Source of the DNA: an uncultured delta proteobacterium
GTDB taxonomy: Bacteria; Desulfobacterota; Desulfuromonadia; Desulfuromonadales; JACZKF01
DNA: 64,000 bases
NCBI GenBank assembly: GCA_963816395.1
Contig: CAWFKQ010000007.1
Location: forward strand, 64,001 to 128,000
Direction of reading: 5' to 3'
The notes under the pieces were generated by a model. It worked only from the letters and a program-made list of their open reading frames with translations. It was not told the DNA's origin and made no database searches. Positions 19,441 through 30,655 of the stretch are shown piece after piece. Numbering within the stretch: the stretch's first letter is position 1; the number at the start of each line of letters is the position of its first letter. A program made the position numbers and the translations under genes.

Positions 19441-19453
19441 AATCAAGACATTA
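19441..19453 (+). promoter_or_regulatory. IHF-binding site candidate
   Basis: AATCAAGACATTA matches WATCAANNNNTTR inside an AT-rich tract upstream of the sigma-54 motif. Confidence 0.55.
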
Positions 19454-19774
19454 AATTTATTTTTACATTTACAAAAGTGATTGATTATTAAAAGGAAGTT
19501 ATCGCCGAGATGAAGAAGGTAGGCCTTCCGGAAACAATCAGCGGAAAATTGTCATAGGGGTGCGCAATATGACGGATGGGAAGTAAAACTTTTGTTTGAT
19601 AAGGGGATTAAATGTGGAAATCAGGGATTTTAACCAGTTTCGATCTGGCGCACGGCGGCGCTTGATCTGACCGTTTGGAAATGGGGCTCCAAGGCTATCT
19701 TTGAGTCAAACAGGGGAATTCGGCCGGGATCCGGCAGATCGGCTGATGTTGAGGAATGGCAGGGCAGAAGGGAG

Positions 19775-19848
19775 GTCCCAACCTCCTCCTTGAAGGAGGA
19801 GGAGCTAAAACCCCCTCCCCTTCAGGGGCAGGGAGGGGATGGGTATGG
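19775..19848. repeat. Pair of REP-like palindromes
   Basis: CCTCCTCCTTGAAGGAGGAGG (19782-19802) and CCCTCCCCTTCAGGGGCAGGG (19813-19833). Confidence 0.6.
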
Positions 19849-19883
19849 AAACCTGGCAAAGGATTAACCGAGAAAAAGCAGTC

Positions 19884-20004
19884 TCACGCGACGAACGCAA
19901 CGAACGCGACGTAAAATCAGAAGGTTATCAGAATAGACCTTTCGCCTGTCCGGCGAGAATGATGTAAGACTTTGATTTCGTTGCGTTCGTTGCGGCTTGC
20001 GCGA
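19884..20004. repeat. Inverted pair of 9-mer tandem arrays
   Basis: CGCGACGAA-CGCAACGAA-CGCGACG ... CGTTGCGTT-CGTTGCGGC-TTGCGCGA, just 3' of gltX. Confidence 0.7.
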
Positions 20005-20024
20005 TCAACTGCCGTTTTTAGGAA

Positions 20025-21422
20025 TTAGTCGATTTGCCCGATGGCGCGCCGCAACCGGCCGAGGGTCTGCTCCCGGCCGAGGACGGCCAGCACCTCGAAG
20101 ATGCCGGGGCTGACGGTGCCGCCGGTGATCGCCACCCGCACCGAAGGGGCGATCTTGCCGAGTTTGAGTCCGCTTTCTTCCTGCAGTTCGGCAAACGCCC
20201 GCTCGATCCCCTCCAGCGTCCACTCCGGAAGAGCTTCCAGACGGCGGGCCAGGTTCTCCAGCAGCGGCCGCTGGGCGGCCGTCAGGAACTTGGCGGCGGC
20301 TTCCGCCTCGTATTCCACTTCCGACCGGTAATAGAAAGCGGCCGATTCGGCCATCTCCACCATGGTGCGGGCGCGCTCGTGCAGGGTCTTCACCACCGCC
20401 GCCGGCTCCGGGCCGCCGGTCGTATCGATACCCAGACGGGCGAGGTATTCCACCAGCAGGCCGCCCAGGCGTGCCGGGTCGCCGTTCTTGATGTAATGCG
20501 CATTGAGCCAGAGCAGTTTGTCCGGGTTGAACACCCCGGCCGATTTGCCGACGCTTTCCAGGGTGAATTTCTCGATCAGTTCCGCCATGGAGAAGATCTC
20601 CTGGTCGCCGTAAGACCAGCCCAGGCGCACCAGGTAGTTCACCAGCGCCTCCGGCAGGTAGCCGAGATCGCGGTAAGCCATCACCGACGTGGCGCCGTGC
20701 CGCTTGGACAGGCGGGTCTTGTCGGCGCCGAGGATCATCGGCACGTGGGCGAACTCGGGGACGGGATACCCCAGGGCCTGGTACATGAGGATCTGCCGGG
20801 GGGTGTTGTTGATGTGGTCGTCGCCGCGGATGACCAGGTTGACGTTCATGGTGGCATCATCGACCACCACCACGAAATTGTAGGTGGGCGTGCCGTCGGA
20901 GCGCTGGATGATGACGTCGTCCAGTTCGTCGTTCTGGAAGCTGATCGTCCCTTTGATCCGGTCGTGAAAAACGGTCGCCCCTTCCTCGGGGGCGCGGAAA
21001 CGCACCACCCAGGGGAGCCCCTCGGGGCTGTCGGTGCGCCGCCGGCAGGTGCCGTCGTATTTCGGCTTGCGGCCGTTCTTCAGTGCCTCTTCCCGCCGCG
21101 CTTCCAGTTCCTCCGGCGTGCAGTAGCAGCGATAGGCCTTCCCCTCCGCCAGCAGCTGCTCGACCTTCTCCCGGTAGAGGCCGAAGCGCTCCGACTGGTA
21201 ATAGGGGCCTTCGTCATAGGAGAGGCCGAGCCAGTCCATCGCCTGCAGGATGGCATCGACCGATTCCTGGGTGGAGCGGGCGACGTCGGTATCCTCGATG
21301 CGCAGAATGAAGGTCCCCTGCTCCTTGCGCGCCAGCAGGTAATTGAACAGGGCGGTGCGGGCGCCGCCGATATGAAGATAGCCGGTGGGACTGGGGGCGA
21401 AACGGACACGCAGATCGGACAT
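20025..21422 (-). CDS. gltX: Glutamate-tRNA ligase
   Basis: [14 protein letters not shown] (HIGH), LRIEDTD, LSKRHG (KMSKS equivalent). Confidence 0.97.
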   Translation of the reverse strand: MSDLRVRFAPSPTGYLHIGGARTALFNYLLARKEQGTFILRIEDTDVARSTQESVDAILQAMDWLGLSYDEGPYYQSERFGLYREKVEQLLAEGKAYRCYCTPEELEARREEALKNGRKPKYDGTCRRRTDSPEGLPWVVRFRAPEEGATVFHDRIKGTISFQNDELDDVIIQRSDGTPTYNFVVVVDDATMNVNLVIRGDDHINNTPRQILMYQALGYPVPEFAHVPMILGADKTRLSKRHGATSVMAYRDLGYLPEALVNYLVRLGWSYGDQEIFSMAELIEKFTLESVGKSAGVFNPDKLLWLNAHYIKNGDPARLGGLLVEYLARLGIDTTGGPEPAAVVKTLHERARTMVEMAESAAFYYRSEVEYEAEAAAKFLTAAQRPLLENLARRLEALPEWTLEGIERAFAELQEESGLKLGKIAPSVRVAITGGTVSPGIFEVLAVLGREQTLGRLRRAIGQID

Positions 21423-21551
21423 GGAAAAACTCCGGGACGAGTGACGCGGGAACGCGTGACGCGGTTACCGCAGGGAAAAAGAAGAGGGCCGCAATCCTTC
21501 ACGGCCCGTCCTCTTATAGCCCAAAAGGTGGCGGGATGACAAGTTTTTTAA

Positions 21552-21703
<152 letters not shown>

Positions 21704-21705
<2 letters not shown>

Positions 21706-22506
21706 ACCAGACAATCACCCCCGCATAGCCGACGACCTGCGACTGGTCGCCGGTGACATCGCCGGAATTGCCGTAGTGCACCAGTTCGGCCCGGCTCGCC
21801 CCCAGGTGGCGGGCGGCGGCCAGCATGACCACCGTCGGCACCACCCCGCACATGCTGATCCGCTCGCCGCGCACGGTGTGGTAAAGGCCTTGCGGATCAA
21901 GGGCGAGAAGGGGCTCGAGGGCCTGGCGATCTTTCTCACGGGCGACTGTCCCCGGTTCATAGTGGGTCATGTCGCTGCTGGCGACCATCAGCACCTTCTC
22001 TGGGCAAGCGGCCAGCGCCCGCCCGAGCCCTTCCCCGAGGGCCAGCAGATCGTCAATCTGGCCGAAGCTCAGGCAGATGGGGACAATCGCCGCCTGCGGC
22101 TGCCGCACCTGAATGAACGGCAGCTGCACTTCCAGTGAATGCTCAAGGCGATGAGCGGCAGCGTCCGGGACCATGCCGGGGCATTCCCTGAGAATCGCTG
22201 CCGTCAGCTCCCTGTCGATGGCGATTTCGCCCAGCGGCGTCAGCCAGCTTCCTTCAGGGTAGACAGCGGCGGGCTGACCGAGACCGTGATGGTTCGGACC
22301 GAGGATGACGACCCGCTTCGGCACCCCGACACGGGCGAAGGTCTGGCCGGCAATGGCGCCGGAGTAGAGATAGCCGGCATGGGGGACGACGATACCGACA
22401 GCCTCTCTCTCCTCCTCGGCGGGAGGCATCAGCTGTTTCATCATTTTCCGCAAGGAGTGGGCTCTTCGGGATAAAATTGTCCGGCTACAGCGGGGGATCG
22501 TTGCAT
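21704..22506 (-). CDS. amrB: AmmeMemoRadiSam system protein B (MEMO1 family); frameshift near 22460
   Basis: MQRSPAVAGQFYP from ATG 22506; VPHAGYLYSG, GPNH, EHSLEVQLPF, ASSDMTHY, SMCG, VVGYA. Confidence 0.9.
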
Positions 22507-22548
22507 CTGCGCCTCGCAGGAGCGCCAGCAAGGGCCGGCACCGGCTAG

Positions 22549-22719
22549 TTTCTGTCCGGAAACGGCCCTTTTCCGCAATCTCTGCGTCAATCTGCGGCCT
22601 TGCTTGTGCGGCGTACCGATGTACGCCTCCGCGCAATGCCTTGATTTCCTTGACCTTGCGAAAAATTGCTCGTTTCCGAATCAGAAACCCGCCGCGTCCA
22701 TCCGGAGTTTCCGGATGGA
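22549..22719. mobile_element. MITE-like palindromic element
   Basis: Inverted ends around TCCGGAAAC / GTTTCCGGA, 10-bp direct repeat CACCGGCTAG at 22539-22548 and 22720-22729, central GGCGTAC-N4-GTACGCC. Confidence 0.7.
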
Positions 22720-22725
22720 CACCGG

Positions 22726-23551
22726 CTAGAAAAGAAGGAACTGAGAAATATCTTCAGCCCAATTGTCGATCTGGACCAGAGAAAAAACTCTGAGAAGTTT
22801 ATCACGGTTCAGGCGACCGGCCACCTTCACCCCAATCTGGGCGAAAAGGATGGTCAAGGGCGCAACCAGCGCGACCACCAGCAGGTTGACATAGCCCAGG
22901 GAAAATGGCGGCAGTTGTGGGATTCCCCAGCCGTGAAAAGCATAGGAAATCATTCCCGACAGGGAGGATACGACGATCAGGGCACTGGCGTTGCCGACCG
23001 CCAGATGAATCGGCAGCTGCAGACCGATAATCAGGAGCGGCACTGTCACTACGCCGCCGCCGATACCGAAGAAGGAGGAAAAGCTGCCCCCCGTAATGCC
23101 GACCAGGATCAACTGCCAGCGGGGAACTCCCGCTTCCCGCTCCGGCGGCAGGCGACGGTGCTGCAGCAACAGCATTAACCCAACCAGAATCAGCATCAGG
23201 CCGAAAAGGCCCTTGAGCTTTTCCCCAGGAAGGGCCGCGGCCAGAGACGCGCCGAGAGTAGCCCCGCAGATTCCGCCGAGCGCCATCCAATAGACCTGAC
23301 GCCACTGCACGTTCCCCCGCCGACGATGGCCGAGAGAACTGCTGATCGCCGTCGGGAGGATAATTCCGAGACTGGTTCCAAGGGCGACGTGGACGATGAC
23401 TTCAGGAGCAAATCCGGCAAGTGGAAAAACGGCGAGAAAAGCGGGGATGAGGATAATGCCGCCGCCGATCCCCAGCAGACCCGCCAGAAAACCGGCCAGG
23501 GAACCCATGGCGACGAACAGAAGCAGGATGTGCGGGGGAGAAAAGATGCAT
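22726..23551 (-). CDS. Sulfite exporter TauE/SafE (TSUP) family; small indels at the termini
   Basis: Duplicated GLLGIGGG / SFFGIGGG motifs, A.GTSL, about 8 TM segments; likely start MHLFS at ATG 23551, joined by a 1-nt shift in a C-run. Confidence 0.88.
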
Positions 23552-23562
23552 GCTTCGCCGGG

Positions 23563-25496
23563 ATCGGGTAGGAGGCGGGGTCACCCCCGCCGTCCTCCCA
23601 CACCACCGTGCGTACGGTTCCGTACACGGCGGTTCATGAAGTGTGTTGAAGTCGGTGGTACTGGTCCATGAGAGACACCAGTCCCAGTTTATCGAAGTAG
23701 GACTTCGGAAAGGCTTTGTGCATATGCGCGGCCCCTGCGTTCCACCAGGGGCCGCGGCCGTTTGTGGCCGATTTCCATGCAGTCGCCTCCGATAACCCCC
23801 GCCGCATCAGGTTCCTGGCTCGCGTATAGGGACGCTTCCACTGCTTCCAAAGAATCCGCCGCAGTTTCCGCCTCAGCCAGCCATCCAGTTCATCGAAGAT
23901 GCCTTTTACTTCCGCATACCGGAAGTAGTTCAGCCAGCCCCGCAGTTTCAGGGTGGTCTCTTCGATGGTGGTTTGGAGGCGCTTCCCCCTGCCCCGTCGA
24001 AAGATCGTCTTGAGAGTGGCCTTGTGCCTGGCAACCGCTTTCTTGGCCACGGTCAGCCGTGGTTGGCGGTGCCAGGTCATGCTGTAGCTCAGAAACGCTC
24101 TTTTCCACGGACGATCGACCGCGCTTTTGACTTGGTTGACCGTGAGTTTGAGCCGCTCGGACAGGTAACTGGTGAGGGAGGCCATGACCCGCTCGCCGCT
24201 CGTGCGCGTGGCAACGTAGATGTTGCAATCGTCGGCGTAACGGCAGAACGTGTGACCCCTTCCCTCCAGTTCCTTGTCCAGTTCGTCAAGCAGGATGTTG
24301 GACAGCAGCGGGGAGAGCGGTCCACCTTGCGGCGTACCTTCCACCCGTGCCGTGATCAATCCTCCTTCGAGTATCCCAGCCTTGAGGTAGCTGTCGATCA
24401 GAGACAGCACCAGGCGGTCTGCGACCTTGCGTTTCACCAGCGACATGAGGGTGTCGTGGTGGACGCGGTCGAAGAATTTCTCCAGGTCGATATCGACCAC
24501 CCATCTCAGGCCGCTTTCTACATGCTTGCGAGCTGCCTTGATGGCTTGATGGGCGCTTCTGCCGGGGCGAAACCCGTAGGAGCTTTCCGAAAATCCGGGA
24601 TCGAACAGCGGGTTTAAAACCTGGTGCACCGCCTGCTGGATGAGCCGGTCAAGGACGCTGGGGATTCCCAGCATCCGTGCTCCGCCTCCCGGTTTGGGGA
24701 TTTCTACTTTCCGCACCGGTTGCGGGTGATATCTCCCCGCCAGCAGTTCTTCCCTGATGCGCGGCCACTCGTTCTGCAGGTAACCCTTCAGGGCCGTTAC
24801 CGGCATGCCATCTGTGCCGGGCGCTCCCTTGTTGCGCATGACCCGCGAGTAGGCCGCCATCATGTTGCCGCGACTGACGACCTTCTCCATCAGTCCCGTT
24901 GCCGCTTCCGGCCAGCAAGTGGCTCTCCTTCCCGTGACGTTTGCCGCACCACTGCCGTGCCCTCGCGGTTTCTGACCGCTACCCTCCGGCGTGGCGCCGG
25001 GCCTCTCAACCCGGCCTTCTGCTGCTCCTGTCGTCATCGAAATTCGAGGCTCCTGGCCGCTTCCTTCATGTTCGGCCCTTTGCCGGATGGTTAAACCGAC
25101 TCGTATGGCCTCTGCTGACTTCTGCCGACCCATCCCAACGCCTCTCGACGCCAGTAGCACGAGGCAGGCCGACAGACCTCCCAGGGTAATGCGCGTGACC
25201 TTCCTCCCATATACCCGCCGCATCTACAGCCCCATCCTCCCGGATGGCTATAGGGCTTTGAAGATACATGCCTTCTCGCCCGGATGAGACTGCCTCATAT
25301 GCGGTTTCTGTTCGTCGGGCCGGGAGTTTGCCTGCGGCTTCCTTCAGATTCCACCTCGCGGTGGACACCCTTGCCGTCCGGCTAGTGGTTCCCGCCATCA
25401 GGGTCCACAGGGGACTTGCACCCCCAAGTCATCCGGCCGCCACCACAACGGCCAAAACAGCGCCAGTCAAGGCGCTACGCGCCATGCCTGGCGCAC
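23563..25496 (-). mobile_element. Group II intron, bacterial class C (IIC), about 1.93 kb
   Basis: 5' end GTGCGCC at 25496; domain V/VI GAACCGCCGTGTACGGAACCGTACGCACGGTGGTGTGGGAGG...CCTCCTACCCGAT ending 23563; short DV with CGC triad; inserted directly after a terminator hairpin. Confidence 0.95.
23634..25037 (-). CDS. ltrA: Group II intron reverse transcriptase/maturase without endonuclease domain
   Basis: IPKPGGG.R.LGIP, SYGFRPGRSAH, DIDLEKFFD, GTPQGGPLSPLL, RYADD, domain X GWLNYF; intact frame; start uncertain (ATG 25037 chosen). Confidence 0.95.
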   Translation of the reverse strand: MTTGAAEGRVERPGATPEGSGQKPRGHGSGAANVTGRRATCWPEAATGLMEKVVSRGNMMAAYSRVMRNKGAPGTDGMPVTALKGYLQNEWPRIREELLAGRYHPQPVRKVEIPKPGGGARMLGIPSVLDRLIQQAVHQVLNPLFDPGFSESSYGFRPGRSAHQAIKAARKHVESGLRWVVDIDLEKFFDRVHHDTLMSLVKRKVADRLVLSLIDSYLKAGILEGGLITARVEGTPQGGPLSPLLSNILLDELDKELEGRGHTFCRYADDCNIYVATRTSGERVMASLTSYLSERLKLTVNQVKSAVDRPWKRAFLSYSMTWHRQPRLTVAKKAVARHKATLKTIFRRGRGKRLQTTIEETTLKLRGWLNYFRYAEVKGIFDELDGWLRRKLRRILWKQWKRPYTRARNLMRRGLSEATAWKSATNGRGPWWNAGAAHMHKAFPKSYFDKLGLVSLMDQYHRLQHTS

Positions 25497-25499
25497 ATG

Positions 25500-25530
25500 A
25501 AAAAAAGCCAGCCGCGCGGGCTGGCTTTTC
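25500..25530 (-). terminator. Rho-independent terminator of tRNA-Cys (intron target site)
   Basis: GCCAGCC/GGCTGGC stem followed by T7 on the minus strand, then CAT and the intron 5' end. Confidence 0.88.
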
Positions 25531-25537
25531 AGATGAT

Positions 25538-25611
<74 letters not shown>

Positions 25612-25646
25612 GCGGCGGCCGCGAAGCAGGCCGACAAAGCCCGGTA

Positions 25647-25675
25647 TTGATAGCAAATTGCCTGCAGCGTGTCAA
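25647..25675 (-). promoter_or_regulatory. Sigma-70-type promoter of tRNA-Cys
   Basis: TTGACA-17 nt-TATCAA with an extended -10 TG. Confidence 0.6.
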
Positions 25676-25733
25676 GGGAAAAGCTGGGCTGAATCCATGG
25701 CTGCGGAGAGCCCTGGCAACCCGGGCGCGGCGA

Positions 25734-26228
25734 TTATTTTTCGCCCAGCAGTTTTCTTTTGCGCTCGTTTAATATGGCCGCATGGCGGGTTTCCTCCCCC
25801 GCCAGCCAGGCGAAGGCCTCCCGCCCATCGTCAGTGCGGGCATGCCGGGCCGCCTGATGAAAAAACTCGGCGAATTTCTCCTCAGCCTCAATCGCCAGAT
25901 CGAGGGAGCGCAGGTCGGCATCCGCCGAGTGCAGGACCTCCTCCAGCCGCTCGGCCGACGGAAAGATCTCGCTCTCGGAAAAGCGGCGCAGATAAGGAAG
26001 AAAAAATTCCTCGTTCTCCCAGAAGGCCCCCTCCTGATAACGGGGCACCAGTTCCTCGAGAGTCCGCAGATGACCCACCTCATCCTGTGCCAGCCAGGCA
26101 AAGACTTCCTTGATGGTTTCGTTCCCTGCCCGCTCCGCCACCGCGGTATAGAACCGGTGCCCTTTCTTTTCTACTTCCATAGCCGCCCGAATCACTTCGA
26201 AGCCGCTGAACTCCTCAATTCCTGTCAT
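25734..26228 (-). CDS. Ferritin-like / rubrerythrin family protein
   Basis: C-terminal 164 aa of ORF 25734..27263: AMEVEKKG..FY, E..H (DEVGH, EETRH) diiron motifs; RBS GGGAG upstream of ATG 26228. Confidence 0.88.
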   Translation of the reverse strand: MTGIEEFSGFEVIRAAMEVEKKGHRFYTAVAERAGNETIKEVFAWLAQDEVGHLRTLEELVPRYQEGAFWENEEFFLPYLRRFSESEIFPSAERLEEVLHSADADLRSLDLAIEAEEKFAEFFHQAARHARTDDGREAFAWLAGEETRHAAILNERKRKLLGEK

Positions 26229-26283
26229 CTCGCCATCTCCCGCTGAAATTTGCGCCACCTGTAACACGAAGAAAAGAACCTTG

Positions 26284-28648
26284 TCAACGCTTGAACAGCC
26301 CTCGCACGGCATCCTCAAGGCCGGAGCCGCGGCGGCTGCTTCCCCGTCCCGCCGCTGCCCGAAGGCAGGTGCTTCTCCAGCTCCTTCTGCAGTTTCCCGC
26401 GGATTTCCTCTCCCGCCTTCTCTTGTATTTTTTTTCCGAGAGCCGCCGTATCCAGGTAAAAACGGGGAGCATTGACCGTCCCGCCCACCTTGACCGGGAT
26501 CTGCGTCCATCCCTGCTGACTGCTCAGCAGCTGGGTGATCTGGCTGCTGCCGATCCGTTTGGCAAGTGCGGGCGAAACCTGCAGGTTCAGGGCCAGGTCG
26601 AGACCTCCGTTCAGGCCGACGGTCCCTTGCGGCTGCAGCCGGACATCCTTTCCGTTTACATCGCTTTTGACCAGGACCTTCCCCTGCCGGACGCTGAAAT
26701 TTCCCGTCGCTTTGCTGAAGCGCAGCACCCGCAGTTCCTCCAGGTTGAGAAACTCCGCCAGCCCCTGTACCAGTCCGGCACCGGTCAGTTGACCATCGGT
26801 GAGCAGCACGTCCCCCTGGCCGGAAAGATTTTTCTCCAGCATCGCCTTTTCGATCCCCTCCCCTTCCAGCGCCGCCTGAAGGTTCATGGTGCCGAAAACA
26901 GTGCCGGCAGCCTGCGGGAAGAAAGCCTTCACCAGGGGGTCGGCCTGGATGCCCTGCAGGTTCAGGCGGGACGTATAGGCGGGCACTTTCCGGCCGAGAT
27001 CGACGCTGCCGTTGGCGGTAAAAGTTCCCTGCGCCACCTTGCCGTTGAGCTGCTGCACGGTAAAGACATTGTTTTCCAGCCGGTAGCGCAGATCGAAATC
27101 GTCGATGGCCAATCCCTTGTAGACGGTCTGGCCGGATCATCACGCTCCCGTCCGCCTTGACCGGCAAAGCAAGCGGGCCGGCTGCTCTGGCCGCCCGGAC
27201 GTGGCGGCGCCGGACCTGGTGCCGCCGGCGCTGCCGCCCCTTGCAGCAGGGGATCAAGGGCAAAACGGTCAGCCCGTACCGCCGTGTGCAGGTCGATCAC
27301 CTTGCCCGTCAGGTGCTCGGCGCGCAGGTCGATATCCGCCCGATTCTCTCCCAACTGCAGTTGCAGACCCTTCGACTGCAGGGAATCGCCGGCCATCTGC
27401 AGAGCACCGGTGAGGGTCAGCCGCGTTGCACCGAGCAGGGCCTGAACCGGAGAGAAGCGCAACTCTCCCTGCTGCAGCAGCTTCTGCGGCTGGGCAACAG
27501 CGCCCGCCAGATGGAACTCTCCGCTGAGCTTCCCCGCCGGCCGCATCTCCGCCAGCGATTCCGTCAAAGCGGCCGGCAACTGATCCACGGCCTTTCCCAG
27601 GTCGAGTTCCGGCAGGGTCAGCTGCAGGTCCACTCGAGGTGCCTGCGCGTAATTTTCGACCCTTCCGGCCAACTGCACGGGGATTTTGTTGAAAGCCAGC
27701 GTCGCCTGCTGCAGATCGAGAGTGCCTGCGGTCTGATCGACGGCAACGGCATAGTTGAGGGAAAGGGCGGCACCGCGAATGGCGAGCGGCGGCTGCCCTT
27801 TCCGGGGCAGATCCATGTCGACCGGGTCGAGAGTGACTTCCCCCTTTGAATGGAGCGCTTCACGGCCGCCTTCGGCGTTCAGGTTGAGGCTGAGCTTGAG
27901 GGCGTTCCACCTGGCCCGGGACTCTGTCCTTGAAATAGGGGGTAAAAGCTGCCAGGTCCAGTCGGGTGACGGCCAGACTGATCTTTCCCTGCTGCGTCTG
28001 CGGATTCAACTCCCCTTCCGCCGACAGCGTCCCCTCGTTCATCCGGGCCCCGAACTGGAAAGGGAAAGCACGCTGCAGAGAAATATCCCGGGCGGTGAGG
28101 CTCAGGTCGGCTAACTGATAGCGGTAGGGGGCCTGCGTCCCCAGGCGGTAGTCGAGGAAAAGTACCTCGCCACCGGTGATGGCGACCTGCGACACCAGCA
28201 GATCGATCGGTGAACCTGCCGATTTTTGCTCCGGCGGCACGGCCGTACCCGCCTTCTCCGACTGCAGCAGGTCGCTGAAATTGAAACTGCCGTCCGCCAA
28301 TCGCTCTACCCGGATATGCGGGGCGATCAGGCGCACCTCATCGATCACCACCCGCTTGAAAAACAGGGGCCAGATCTTATATCGCAGGACGACCCTGTCG
28401 GCGGTGACAAACGGTTCGGCTCCCTCTTTTCCCCCGACCACCAACTGGTCGAGAGTGACGCCGGAGAGAATACTGACGCTCACTTTTCCGAGGGAGATCG
28501 GCCGGTGCAGAACCTCTTCAGCCTTCGGCAGAACAACCGATTTGACCCGCTCGGGAGTGACCAGCACTTGCGCCAAGACAATCAGCACGATCACCAGAGC
28601 CGCCAGGACGCCAAATACGATTCCAAGGATTTTCAAGAATTTTTTCAT
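26284..28648 (-). CDS. AsmA family protein; several frameshifts
   Basis: N-terminal TM followed by beta-rich AsmA-like sequence across ORFs 27860..28648, 26962..27816 and 26315..27112, ending LEDAVRGLFKR. Confidence 0.8.
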
Positions 28649-28711
28649 GCCTCTCCCCTACTGTTCAGGTCTGGTCTGCATACTCACTGGAAAATCATTT
28701 TTTAATTTGGA

Positions 28712-28727
28712 TTTGACTTTCGTCAAA
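28712..28727. promoter_or_regulatory. CRP/FNR-family (HcpR-type) operator
   Basis: Palindrome TTTGAC-TTTC-GTCAAA about 150 bp upstream of hcp. Confidence 0.75.
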
Positions 28728-28877
28728 GTTATTTTCGACCATTCCGGTTATTCTCGGCCCTGCGAATGTCAAATTATATCGCAGTTTCTGGAAAACCATG
28801 CCGTTTTCCGCGGCAACAAAGACGCTACCGTTCAATTCGGTCCGGAGCGGCACTCATCAACCCCAAGGAGGAAAAAC

Positions 28878-30507
28878 ATGTTCTGCTACCAATGTGAACA
28901 AGCGGCCCAGGGAACGGGCTGTACCAAGATCGGCGTCTGCGGCAAGCAACCGGATGTCGCCGCCTTGCAGGATCTGCTCATCTATGCCCTGAAAGGGATC
29001 GGCTTCTGGGCGGACAAGGCCCGCAGCCAGGGGAAAAAAGATTCTGCCATCGATCGTTTCATGCTCGATGGCCTGTTCACCACCGTTACCAACGTCGATT
29101 TCGATGCAGAAGATGTCGCCAGAGTCATCCGCCAGGCCGCCGAAATCAAGGACAAAGCCAAAGCCCTGGCCGGCCATGCCGGGGTTCCGGTTCCCGCCGC
29201 CGCCGACTGGCGCCCAGCCGCCGACCTCGCCGGCCTGGCGCAGCAGGGTGAAGAGCACGGCGTTAATAGCGAAGCGATCGACCCCGACATCAAATCGGTG
29301 CAGGAAATCCTCATCTACGGGCTTAAGGGGTATGCCGCCTACGCGCACCATGCCCTGACCCTCGGGGCGGAAAATGACGAGATCTACGCCTTTACCCACA
29401 AGGCGCTGGCCGCGACCCTCGACCGTTCCCTGGGTCTGATGGATTTCGTCACCCTGGCCATGGAATGCGGTAAGATCAACCTGGTCACCATGGAACTGCT
29501 CAGCAAGGCACACACCGACCGCTACGGCCACCCGGTACCGACTCCGGTCAATCTGGGGACGAAAGCCGGCAAGGCGATCCTGGTTTCCGGCCACGACCTG
29601 CGCATGCTCGAAGAGCTGCTGAAGCAGACCGAAGGCAAGGGAATCAACATCTATACCCATGGCGAAATGATTCCCGCCCACGGCTATCCCGGCCTGAAGA
29701 AATACGCCCACCTGGCCGGCAATTTCGGCGGTGCCTGGCAGGACCAGGCGAAAGAGTTCGCCGACTTCCCCGGTGCCATCATCTTCAATACCAACTGCAT
29801 CCAGCGCCCGGCCGACAGCTACAAGGACCGCCTCTTCACCTGGGGGCTGGTACAATGGCCGGCGGTCAAGCATATCAACGGCTGGGATTTCTCCGCAGTA
29901 ATCGACAAGGCCCTGGAACAGCCCGGGTTCACTGAGAATCCTGGGAAAGAGATCCTGGTCGGCTTCGGCCACAACGCCGTCCTCGGCGTCGCCGACAAAG
30001 TCATAGCAGGGAGTCAAGGCCGGTGCCATCCGCCACTTTTTCCTCGTCGGCGGCTGCGACGGTGCCAAGAGCGGGCGCAACTACTACACCGAGTTTGCCG
30101 AAAAGGCGCCGAAGGATACCGTCATCCTCACTCTGGCCTGTGGCAAGTACCGCTTCAACAAGCTCGACTTCGGCGACATCGGCGGCATTCCGCGCCTGCT
30201 CGACGTCGGCCAGTGCAATGACGCCTACAGCGCCGTTCAGATCGCTTTGGCCCTCGCCGGCGCCTTCAACTGCGGGGTAAACGACCTGCCGCTGTCCCTG
30301 ATCCTCTCCTGGTATGAGCAGAAAGCGGTGGCGATCCTTCTCACCCTGCTCCACCTGGGCATCAAGAACATCAAGATCGGCCCCAGCCTGCCGGCCTTCA
30401 TTACGCCGAACGTGCTGAATTTCCTGGTTGAAAATTTCAACATCCAACCGATCGGCACGGCCGAAGAGGACCTCAAGCAGATTCTCGGACAAGACACCGC
30501 CGCTTAA
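28878..30507 (+). CDS. hcp: Hydroxylamine reductase / hybrid cluster protein; frameshift near 30010
   Basis: MFCYQCEQ...GC...[49 protein letters not shown]. Confidence 0.95.
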
Positions 30508-30525
30508 AGCGGATGACCTAGAAAG

Positions 30526-30564
30526 AAGAAAAGCGCGGGGAAATTTCCCTGCGCTTTTCTTTTT
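30526..30564 (+). terminator. Rho-independent terminator after hcp
   Basis: AAGAAAAGCGCGGGG-AAATTT-CCCTGCGCTTTTCTTTTT. Confidence 0.8.
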
Positions 30565-30655
30565 AGGGCCAGAGGGCGCCGGGAGAATTTGCTCCTTGCA
30601 TTTCCTGGCTTTTTATATATATTCCTTTTTGAATTTATCTTGCGGGGAGGAACTC

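Noticed and set aside
20034..21539. Long antisense ORFs (also 30676..32379, 40924..42681, 56996..59149 and many others)
   Set aside because: They are shadows of well-supported genes on the opposite strand, expected in high-GC DNA, and carry no recognisable motifs.
22726..23563. Group II intron interrupting the TauE/SafE coding sequence
   Set aside because: The likely start codon (23551) lies 3' of the intron end, so the insertion is intergenic.
23634..25037. Reverse transcriptase as a retron, DGR or defence RT
   Set aside because: Domain X and the flanking group II intron RNA structures fully explain it.
25734..27263. 509-aa ORF suggesting a novel ferritin fusion
   Set aside because: The upstream part is an alternative frame of asmA; the ferritin-like protein has its own RBS and ATG at 26228.
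28176..28877. Apparent 234-aa N-terminal extension of Hcp in the ORF track
   Set aside because: It overlaps asmA antisense and the promoter region; the canonical MFCYQC start with a strong SD is at 28878.
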